A DNA stretch of 39,025 nucleotides, taken from positions 1 to 39,025 of the forward strand of contig JAUCBJ010006044.1 in NCBI GenBank assembly GCA_032718475.1. Reading direction: 5' to 3'. Each line of letters begins with the position of its first letter. Within the stretch, counting starts at the first letter, position 1. The notes below the pieces were generated by a model. The model was not told where the DNA came from, made no database searches, and saw only the letters and a list, made by a program, of their open reading frames with translations. Position numbers and translations under genes: made by a program. Of the stretch, positions 13,101 to 25,100 are shown in pieces. The stretch is from Nemertoderma westbladi (taxonomy: Eukaryota; Animalia; Xenacoelomorpha).

Positions 13101-16100
13101 AACGAGGTGAGTGCAATCAACATCATCGAGTCCACCACCTACCAACTCGGTCACAAAACGAGGTGAGTGCAATCAACAGCATCGAGTCCACCACCTACCA
13201 ACTCGGGAACAAAACGAAGTGAGTGCAATCAACAGGATCGAGTCCACCACCTACCAACTCGGTCACAAAACGAGGTGAGTGCAATCAACATCATCGAGTC
13301 CACCACCTACCAACTCGGTCACAGAACGAGGTGAGTACAATCAACATCATCGAGTCCACCACCTACCAACTCGGGAACAAAACGAAGTGAGTGCAATCAA
13401 CAGGATCGAGTCCACCACCTACCAACTCGGTCACAAAACGAGGTGAGTGCAATCAACAGCATCGAGTCCACCACCTACCAACTCGGGAACAAAACGAGGT
13501 GAGTGCAATCAACATCATCGAGTCCACCACCTACCAACTCGTGAACAAAACGAGGTGAGTGCAATCAACAGCATCTAGTCCGCCACCTACCAACTCGGGA
13601 ACAAAACGAGGTGAGTGCAATCAACATCATCGAGTCCACCACCTACCAACTCGGTCACAAAACGAGGTGAGTGCAATCAACAGCATCGAGTCCACCACCT
13701 ACCAACTCGGGAACAGAATGAGGTGAGTGCAATCAACAGCATCGAGTCCGCCACCTACCAACTCGTGAACAAAACGAGGTGAGTGCAATCAACAGCATCG
13801 AGTCCACCACCTACCAACTCGGGAACAGAATGAGGTGAGTGCAATCAACATCATCGAGTCCACCACCTACCAACTCGGGAACAGAACGAGGTGAGTGCAA
13901 TCAACAGCATCGAGTCCGCCACCCACCAACTCGGGAACAGAACGAGGTGAGTGCAATCAACAGCATCGAGTCCACCACCTACCAACTCGGTCACAGAACG
14001 AGGTGAGTGCAATCAACAGCATCGAGTCCACCACCTACCAACTCGGGAACAGAACGAGGTGAGTGCAATCAACATCATCGAGTCCACCACCTACCAACTC
14101 GGGAACAGAACGAGGTGAGTGCAATCAACAGCATCGAGTCCACCACCTACCAACTCGGGAACAGAACGAGGTGAGTGCAATCAACAGGATCGAGTCCACC
14201 ACCTACCAACTCGGGAACAGAAAGAGGTGAGGGCAATCAACAGATCGAGTCCACCACCTACCAACTCGGGAACAGAACGAGGTGAGTGCAATCAACAGCA
14301 TCGAGTCCACCACCTACCAACTCGGTCACAAAACGAGGTGAGTGCAATCAACATCATCGAGTCCACCACCTACCAACTCGGGAACAAAACGAGGTGAGTG
14401 CAATCAACATCATCGAGTCCACCACCTACCAACTCGGTCACAAAACGAGGTGAGTGCAATCAACAGCATCGAGTCCACCACCTACCAACTCGGGAACAGA
14501 ATGAGGTGAGTGCAATCAACAGCATCGAGTCCGCCACCTACCAACTCGTGAACAAAACGAGGTGAGTGCAATCAACAGCATCGAGTCCACCACCTACCAA
14601 CTCGGGAACAGAATGAGGTGAGTGCAATCAACAGCATCGAGTCCGCCACCTACCAACTCGGGAACAGAACGAGGTGAGTGCAATCAACAGCATCGAGTCC
14701 ACCACCTACCAACTCGGTCACAAAACGAGGTGAGTGCAATCAACAGCATCGAGTCCACCACCTACCAACTCGGTCACAAAACGAGGTGAGTGCAATCAAC
14801 AGCATCGAGTCCACCACCTACCAACTCGGGAACAGAACGAGGTGAGTGCAATCAACATCATCGAGTCCACCACCTACCAACTCGGGAACAGAACGAGGTG
14901 AGTGCAATCAACAGCATCGAGTCCGCCACCCACCAACTCGGGAACAGAACGAGGTGAGTGCAATCAACAGCATCGAGTCCACCACCTACCAACTCGGGAA
15001 CAGAACGAGGTGAGTGCAATCAACAGCATCGAGTCCGCCACCCACCAACTCGGGAACAGAACGAGGTGAGTGCAATCAACAGCATCGAGTCCACCACCTA
15101 CCAACTCGGGAACAGAACGAGGTGAGTGCAATCAACATCATCGAGTCCACCACCTACCAACTCGGGAACAGAACGAGGTGAGTGCAATCAACAGCATCGA
15201 GTCCGCCACCCACCAACTCGGGAACAGAACGAGGTGAGTGCAATCAACAGCATCGAGTCCACCACCTACCAACTCGGTCACAGAACGAGGTGAGTGCAAT
15301 CAACAGCATCGAGTCCACCACCTACCAACTCGGGAACAGAACGAGGTGAGTGCAATCAACATCATCGAGTCCACCACCTACCAACTCGGGAACAGAACGA
15401 GGTGAGTGCAATCAACAGCATCGAGTCCACCACCTACCAACTCGGGAACAGAACGAGGTGAGTGCAATCAACAGGATCGAGTCCACCACCTACCAACTCG
15501 GGAACAGAAAGAGGTGAGGGCAATCAACAGATCGAGTCCACCACCTACCAACTCGGGAACAGAACGAGGTGAGTGCAATCAACAGCATCGAGTCCACCAC
15601 CTACCAACTCGGTCACAAAACGAGGTGAGTGCAATCAACATCATCGAGTCCACCACCTACCAACTCGGTCACAAAACGAGGTGAGTGCAATCAACAGCAT
15701 CGAGTCCACCACCTACCAACTCGGTCACAGAACGAGGTGAGTGCAATCAACAGCATTGAGTCCACCACCTACCAACTCGGTCACAAAACGAGGTGAGTGC
15801 AATCAACAGCATCGAGTCCGCCACCCACCAACTCCGGAACAGAACGAGGTGAGTGCAATCAACAGCATCGAGTCCACCACCTACCAACTCGGCCACAAAA
15901 CGAGGTGAGTGCAATCAACACCATCGAGTCCGCCACCTACCAACTCGGCCACAAAACGAGGTGAGTGCAATCGACAGCATCGAGTCCGCCACCTACCAAC
16001 TCGGTCACAGAACGAGGTGAGTGCAATCAACACCATCGAGTCCGCCACCTACCAACTCGGGAACAGAATGAGGTGAGTGCAATCAACAGCATCGAGTCCG

Positions 16101-19100
16101 CCACCTACCAACTCGGTCACAGAACGAGGTGAGTGCAATCAACACCATCGAGTCCACCACCTACCAACTCGGTCACAGAACGAGGTGAGTGCAATCAACA
16201 GCATCGAGTCCACCACCTACCAACTCGGGAACAGAACGAGGTGAGTGCAATCAACAGCATCGAGTCCGCCACCTACCAACTCGGGAACAGAATGAGGTGA
16301 GTGCAATCAACAGCATCGAGTCCACCACCTACCAACTCGGTCACAGAACGAGGTGAGTGCAATCAACAGCATCGAGTCCACCACCTACCAACTCGGTCAC
16401 AGAACGAGGTGAGTGCAATCAACAGCATCGAGTCCACCACCTACCAACTCGGGAACAGAATGAGGTGAGTGCAATCAACAGCATCGAGTCCACCACCTAC
16501 CAACTCGGTCACAAAACGAGGTGAGTGCAATCAACAGCATCGAGTCCGCCACCTACCAACTCGGGCACAGAACGAGGTGAGTGCAATCAACAGCATCGAG
16601 TCCACCACCTACCAACTCGGTCACAGAACGAGGTGAGTGCAATCAACAGCATCGAGTCCACCACCTACCAACTCGGTCACAGAACGAGGTGAGTGCAATC
16701 AACAGCATCGAGTCCGCCACCTACCAACTCGGTCACAGAACGAGGTGAGTGCAATCAACAGCATCGAGTCCACCACCAACCAACTCGGTCACAGAACGAG
16801 GTGAGTGCAATCAACAGCATCGAGTCCGCCACCTACCAACTCGGTCACAGAACGAGGTGAGTGCAATCAACAGCATCGAGTCCACCACCTACCAACTCGG
16901 GAACAGAATGAGGTAAGTGCAATCAACAGGATCGAGTCCACCACCTACCAACTCGGGAACAGAACGAGGTGAGTGCAATCAACAGCATCGAGTCCACCAC
17001 CTACCAACTCGGTCACAGAACGAGGTGAGTGCAATCAACAGCATCGAGTCCACCACCTAGCAACTCGGGAACAGAACGAGGTGAGTGCAATCAACAGCAT
17101 CGAGTCCACCACCTACCAACTCGGTCACAAAACGAGGTGAGTGCAATCAACAGCATCGAGTCCACCACCTACCAACTCGGTCACAAAACGAGGTGAGTGC
17201 AATCAACAGCATCGAGTCCACCACCTACCAACTCGGGAACAGAATGAGGTGAGTGCAATCAACAGCATCGAGTCCACCACCTACCAACTCGGGAACAGAA
17301 TGAGGTGAGTGCAATCAACAGCATCGAGTCCGCCACCTACCAACTCGGGAACAGAATGAGGTGAGTGCAATCAACAGCATCGAGTCCACCACCTACCAAC
17401 TCGGGAACAGAATGAGGTGAGTGCAATCAACAGCATCGAGTCCGCCACCTACCAACTCGGGAACAGAATGAGGTGGGTGCAATCAACAGCATCGAGTCCA
17501 CCACCTACCAACTCGGGAACAGAACGAGGTGAGTGCAATCAACAGGATCGAGTCCACCACCTACCAACTCGGGAACAGAAAGAGGTGAGTGCAATCAACA
17601 GCATCGAGTCCACCACCTACCAACTCGGTCACAGAACGAGGTGAGTGCAATCAACAGCATCGAGTCCACCACCTACCAACTCGGGAACAGAACGAGGTGA
17701 GTGCAATCAACAGCATCGAGTCCACCACCTACCAACTCGGGAACAGAACGAGGTGAGTGCAATCAACAGCATCGAGTCCACCACCTACCAACTCGGGAAC
17801 AGAACGAGGTGAGTGCAATCAACAGCATCGAGTCCACCACCTACCAACTCGGGAACAGAACGAGGTGAGTGCAATCAACAGGATCGAGTCCACCACCTAC
17901 CAACTCGGGAACAGAACGAGGTGAGTGCAATCAACAGCATCGAGTCCACCACCTACCAACTCGGGAACAGAACGAGGTGAGTGCAATCAACAGGATCGAG
18001 TCCACCACCTACCAACTCGGGAACAGAACGAGGTGAGTGCAATCAACAGCATCGAGTCCGCCACCTACCAACTCGGGAACAGAACGAGGTGAGTTCAATG
18101 GAGGGAGATAGAGGAGGTAATTTGGAGAGTTATAAAACTAAGATAAATTCTATCAGAATTTTAATAACCCGTTTTTCGCATTTCTCAGTAAATATGAAAA
18201 CTCATTAGACATACGAAGAGATAAAATAGATCTGATTTTACTAAAACAACACTTTTGATGCGAGTGAGTTAGGGCATTTAGAATAGTATAGATGAATGAA
18301 TACACCGCAATGGAATAGAAAAATTATATTTCTTTTCCAGAAAAAACGAACATTTTACCGACGGCTAGAATCGACGAGGTGGTTGAACGCGAAGACGGAG
18401 CTGCTAACAGTGGACCGCTAATGGCGGCGGCGTTTGGGGGTCTGGCTGGCGGAGTCGTTATAGTCGCGGTCTTCGTTGTGGTTATGAAATACAAGAACCG
18501 TCCGCAGGTCGTTCATATGGCCCCCGGTGAATGGCCTTCCGAGTTCGGAAACCGTAAGTTCGGCGAGCACCGGAGTATCTGTAGGAGCGAAACCAACTCG
18601 ATGAGGAGTTCCCGCCATCATCTCCTACTCCGCTCAACCGCCTCCTCCGGGGACAGGCCCCAGTCTCCCTCCATCATTCTGTCAGAGGCTCCCATCGAGG
18701 ACTTCACCTCGGGCTCGGAGCCGTCGCTGGCTCCCTCCTATCGGCCCACCTCCGGGGTCTCTAAGTGCAACGTCGTGTACAACAAACACACCCACGTGCA
18801 AGCCGACAACAACGTCACCTCGATTTCGCAAACTTTCGTCCTATCCGACGACGAAGAAATTATATCCCCAAAATCCACAGAAGGGGATCTCACCATGGTG
18901 CGCGCGATAACCCCTCTACCGCGCAACATTGGAAGAACATTATCCGCGTCGCCTAAACCCAACGAAGATGTATTCGCTTCTGTTACCTCCTCACCTAGTA
19001 AGGGGGCCCTGATCCTTGACCCTCTGATACACCCACTCACAAGCGATACGCCTTCACCAACATAGAGTTGTGAGCACTGAGCACTGAGCAATCGTTACGA

Positions 19101-22100
19101 ATATTATTTATTACGCTTTTACATTCTCCACTCAAAGGCCACGTACAAACTTGGTAATGTTTTTCAGGGTCTCCAGTTTACCGTTAATACCAAAAACATG
19201 GGTAAATGGGATTTACTTAAATCGATATGATTTTAAACGATTTTTTTTAAATAATAAATCAACTCCAAAAATACTCAGGACTTGACTTGAACTCGCCTAC
19301 AACATACCAACTGGGTGTAGGATGAGAGGGGGTGGTGGGGGGGGGGGGGGGGGGGGGGGTGGGGGGTGGGGTCAAGTAGGTCTATAATGTAAGCGTGGGT
19401 TTACTTACCTACGAAGTAGCAGTTTAGGATGGGGGTTGTCCTGGAGGGTTTTGTCTATAAGGTCGGACAGAAGAACCTTGAGGATGTCTGTAGCGTAGGC
19501 CATCCTCCCTTGTAGGATAACCATGATGAGAGAAGCCACGTTGCATCTGTTGAACAATTCATAGATAATATTAATTAGCGACATTCCAAAGCAACTCAAT
19601 AAATTTTAACACCATAACACTGTACCAACTCACCTGTCTCTCTGTAACAACTCACCTGTCTCTCTGTACCAACTCACCTGTCTCTCTGTACCAACTCACC
19701 TGCCTCTCTGTACCAACTCACCTGTCTCTCTGTACCAACTCACCAGTCTCTCTATACCAACTCACCTATCTCTCTGTACCAACTCACATGTCTCTCTGTA
19801 CCAACTCACCTATCTCTCTGTACCAACTCACCTGTCTCTCTGTACCAACTCACCTGTCTCTCTGTACCAACTCACCTGTCTCTCTGTACCAACTCACCTG
19901 TCTCTCAGTAACAACTCACCTGTCTCTCTGTACCAACTCACCTGTCTCTCTATACCAACTCACCTGTCTCTCTGTACCAACTCACCTGTCTCTCTGTACC
20001 AACTCACCTATCTCTCTGTACCAACTCACCTGTCTCTCTGTACCAACTCACCTGTCTCTCTGTACCAACTCACCTGTCTCTCTGTACCAACTCACCTGTC
20101 TCTCTGTACCAACTCACCTGTCTCTCTGTACCAACTCACCTGTCTCTCTGTACCAACTCACCTGTCTCTCTGTACCAACTCCCCTGTCTCTCTGTACCAA
20201 CTCCCCTGTCTCTCTGTACCAACTCACCTGTCTCTCTGTACCAACTCACCTGTCTCTCTGTACCAACTCACCTGTCTCTATGTACCAACTCACCTGTCTC
20301 TCTGTACCAACTCACCTGTCTCTCTGTACCAACTCACCTGTCTCTCTGTACCAACTCACCTGTCTCTCATACCAAAGGAATCCTGTGCTTCTAGACGATG
20401 TATAAACGTTAACAAAAAGTATCGATCGTTTAATAAAACGTTGAAAACCTTAAGTCCTTTCTCTATTCCAGCACGTTTCTCGTCGGGAACCTGTAGAAAT
20501 CCAATATAGTTGACAAAAATTGTGATTGGTTGATTTGGTTTAGAGATACAAACCCGCAGCAATGTAATAAATAATTAAATAATGTAATTTAATAATCGCG
20601 AAATTTAAACAATAAATAAGAGAAGTGAGCTGTTCAGAGAACATATTTGATACTAACGTCAAACTCTTGAATGACGGGATGGTCAGTGACCCCAGGAAAT
20701 AGGACTCTCATTGCGTAGGTTTGGTAGTCCAGGAAGGGAGCGCCTCTGGTGTCGATCTCACCGGCCGTCATTTCGGTTTGCAGATCCGCAAACGCTGAAA
20801 TAATTCAAAAATATTTGAATCAACGACAATAATTCTAAATAATTGCACAACGAAATATTAGCTGGAAATTAATTTCAAAGTGTCATAAATTTACTTCTGA
20901 TGTCAATAAACAATAACTCGAGCGTCGAGCGTATTCTACGAATGGATAAGAAGATTGATCAATTCACGATTTGACTTAAAATAACGCCCTCTGAGGAAAA
21001 AAAGTTATTGTAAACGGTGCTACTGAACTTTACAAACCTGAACTGTTTAATTAATAAAAATACTAAGAATGAAAGTAAATGAAACCAAACAAATTGTAAC
21101 GAAAACCATCAAATCATAGAAAATTAATTAATAAAATTAATCAGAAATATTGTGAATTAACATTAAGAAGCGCCATGCAAGCAAATCAAATAAAGTAAAC
21201 AGCAGAAGTGTAGCAAAACGAAACAGAGAAATAATTAATAGGTATATCTTATATCAACCGTTAGATCAGTTAGTTAGTGATTATTAGTTAGGAAAACAAT
21301 ATTAAAGTGTATTACTGCAAGGAATACGATCAGATTTATTTATTCACTAAAGTAATGACCCCTTAAGCTCGTAAGTTAACATGCTTTGCACTATTACTGG
21401 TTAATAAAATATATAGGAACACCCACATTCTGTGCTGCTAAATAATTATAAATGTTACTATATTTTCAGTCTGATTTGTGTTCAATTATTTAAATAATAA
21501 ACTTATAATTAAATTCAAATATCTAACACAGAACATTGACTTTTATTGTGTTGGGAGGGTCGGGTGGTTGGGGTGGATAGCGGGGGGCACATGCACAGTG
21601 GGAGGGAGTCCAACCTTCTTTACATTCCGTGGCTACCCTATGCTCCAATGCGTCCATCTGGAACTGCAAGTGCTTTACCACGGTGTAACTATGAGCGGAT
21701 TTACGTTTGTACACAATGCAGAACGCCACCAAGAGGATCAATAACGAACTGGTACTAGCCGCAATTCCTTGAATAAAGCACAAACTATTTATAAAAACAG
21801 TTAAATATGTCACAGAGACAAAATCAAATAGGTATATAAGATGGATTATAGATTGCATTGCTAGAGTTAAGCAGAGAGAGAGAGGATGACGGGGTGGTGA
21901 GGTACAGACAATACAGATTGATGGACGGGGGTCAATTAGTGTTTCAAGAAAACAGTAAATTATGAATGAAAAAAACATTATTAATATAGAAACGGCCCCA
22001 ATCCAAAGAATTAGTGATATCAGCCATGACGACTACACTGTCACTACACTAAGGTACCTTCTTTGCACTCAGCGGCAACTTTGGATTCTAGTTCCGACAT

Positions 22101-25100
22101 CTGGTGTTGCAGGTATTTAACATCTTCCCGATTCTGATTACTTTTACGTCGGTAAAAAATCACAAATATTGCAACGAACGCAAATAGAAGAAGAATACCG
22201 CCACAAATACCTGGACGTATAAAGTTTTGGTAGGTTAATTTCACGGTAAATTCCGGCTGTTCTAGAACGGAAAGTTAAGACACGTGGGGGTGTCCATATG
22301 CCGGTAAATATTGCATTGTACCTTGTATGAAAGTATCATATACTGGCGCACAATGACTAAAGTGAAATAAATTGGTCGCATACGAAAAAAAGTTTCGTTT
22401 ATTGTTTTGGTTAGAAGAGACCAACACTGTAACCTGCTCAATTCCCTTAATTCGATCAAATTTAATTAATTTTTTTTAATTAAAGACACATTTGGTGTCT
22501 GACGGTCATTTTGCGCCATTAACTTGGAAAATTAATATTTTGTTTCCATTAGACCGCGACTAGGCCCCGTTTACAATATCGCGGCGATAACTACAGTTAG
22601 GATTGAACTTGTAGTGAACTTAGGTTCGCTCTGTGTCAACGGATATTTAGTTACTCAAGCTAACTTGGAACGCGTTGTCACTGTAAACGTATAGCTAAAT
22701 AAGGCAGTTAGTGTAAACGGGGCCTTTGTTCATGTAATATTCTTGCCATCAACAATCCGTATGATGCCCACCTGGCATTATTAAGTCTTCTACCAAAAGA
22801 AAAGCCCAAATTTCCACGTCACCGGTGACTTTATATGTAGCAACCCGATGTCCGGTGGTCTGGGGATATTTTAATGCATCATTTAACTTTTTATGACTTG
22901 TCTAATAATCAGAATTACATTAAATACGAAAAAACTCCAAATTAAATATAATAATTTCCCTTTACATCCAAATCCCAAAATAAACCGAATAATCAAACCG
23001 TGAAAATATAGCGGAATGTTCGATACATTTGGATTGGAAAATATAGCGGAATGTTCGATAAATTTGGATTGGAAAATATAGCGGAATGTTCGATAAATTT
23101 GGATTGGAAAATATAGCGGAATGTTCGATAAATTTGGATTGGAAAATATAGCGGAATGTTCGATAAATTTGGATTGGAAAATATAGCGGAATGTTCGATA
23201 AATTTGGATTGGAAAATATAGCGGAATGTTCGATACATTTGGATTGGAAAATATAGCGGAATGTTCGATAAATTTGGATTGGAAAATATAGCGGAATGTT
23301 CGATAAATTTGGATTGGAAAATATAGCGGAATGTTCGATAAATTTGGATTGGAAAATATAGCGGAATGTTCGATAAATTTGGATTGGAAAATATAGCGGA
23401 ATGTTCGATACATTAGGATTGGAAAATATAGCGGAATGTTCGATAAATTTGGATGGGAAAATATAGCGGAATGTTCGATAAATTTGGATTGGAAAATATA
23501 GCGGAATGTTCGATAAATTTGGATGGGAAAATATAGCGGAATGTTCGATAAATTTGGATTGGAAAATATAGCGGAATGTTCGATAAATTTGGATTGGAAA
23601 ATATAGCGGAATGTTCGATAAATTTGGATTGGAAAATATAGCGGAATGTTCGATAAATTTGGATTGGAAAATATAGCGGAATGTTCGATAAATTTGGATG
23701 GGAAAATATAGCGGAATGTTCGATAAATTTGGATTGGAAAATATAGCGGAATGTTCGATAAATTTGGATTGGAAAATATAGCGGAATGTTCGATAAATTT
23801 GGATTGGAAAATATAGCGGAATGTTCGATAAATTTGGATTGGAAAATATTTTTATTCAAAATTTGAAATATTATATAACTCCGGTGGTTGAACATGGTTT
23901 ATATTACATATTAACTTTATGAGACGGTGATATGATGCGACGGCTGAGAAACTGGAATAAAAAGGACAAATTATTGAGTCTAAATATCAGTCTGAAGAAG
24001 GTTTATTCTAGAATATTATGTACCTAGGTTATTGTAAAGAAAAACAAATCAGAATAACGTTAATAAATGATAATAAAAACGTTGTTTACATCTACTCTAA
24101 TGTGTAGTTAATTAATTACATTTATTTATTAATAATAATATTAAACAAAATAAAAAATATATGATCGTCTCGGTTGGTTGGATTTTAATAAATCGTAGCG
24201 TACGAAATATTCCTTAAATCTTAGAATAAAATTACGTATCCGACTCAAAGTCATCATATAGAACCCGAACTAATCAGTTAGTCATCATATAGAACCCGAA
24301 CTAATCAGTTAGTCATCATATAGAACCCGAACTAATCAGTTAGTATATCCAGCTGGCGGTATTATACAACGGTACTGAGAAAAATAAAACAGTTGTAGTA
24401 ACTAGTTCGTCAACTTATAATAGCTGAGTTATCAGTTAGTCTAGTAATGGAATGTTCATTAAAAAAAAGTATCAGGATCAAAAGCTACATTTAGTGAAAC
24501 TCACCTATAATAACTTGGAAGGGCAATAAAGTGGACCATTCGTAGGTAACATATCCTATGGGGATCTGTAAGTTCCATATCTGTACGACGACTTGGGGCG
24601 GGTCGTCTGTGTGTCTGACGGTGGATCTACGTAATCTATTGGTGTCCCGGACCTCCACAACTCTGTGTAGATAAACATTAACATGTAAAACCAAAACAAT
24701 GTAAATACCTAATAATCATCACAATATATTAATAATCCCGGCGGTTTTCGGTTCTCTTATTATTATTACCTTTTCGGTTGCTCCTTTGGCGGCTGACAAC
24801 GTAGTTCTGTAGACGTTAGTTGAGTTATGTTGCAATAACCATCACCAATAAGAACAATGACGTCACTGGATGACGCCACCAAAGTCAAATTAGTTCCCTA
24901 AATATAAAATATATCGTCTTGAACTGACGTGATTTATGATTAGGTAGACCTACATCGTCATGGAAACCTTATTCTGCAGTTCTTTTGGTACCCGGGCTAA
25001 TACTGAAACTAAACGGGATTACTTACAACCTGTTTCTTAATAACAACATTAATTAATTAATTAACCTTTATAACTATCGGGTCCATTTTTCTAGCATCAA

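Noticed and set aside
12771-18208. 56-bp array as a mucin-like coding stalk or exon cassette array
   Set aside because: Unit is not a multiple of 3, TGA recurs every third unit, and units lack a polypyrimidine acceptor
19328-19371. Poly-G/C tracts (also about 11038, 30571, 31935, 38102) as functional G-quadruplex elements
   Set aside because: Simple homopolymers with no supporting context and unreliable lengths
19620-20368. Cys-rich 205-aa plus-strand ORF, and CAG|GT units as recursive splice sites
   Set aside because: The ORF is a repeat artefact; sequence before each CAG is purine-rich with no pyrimidine tract
22211-24504. A third TM exon copy, or the 35-bp array at 23002-23848 marking a hidden donor
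   Set aside because: No further TM/ECKE-like frame seen and the unit has no convincing donor; counts as an array not anchored on a splice site
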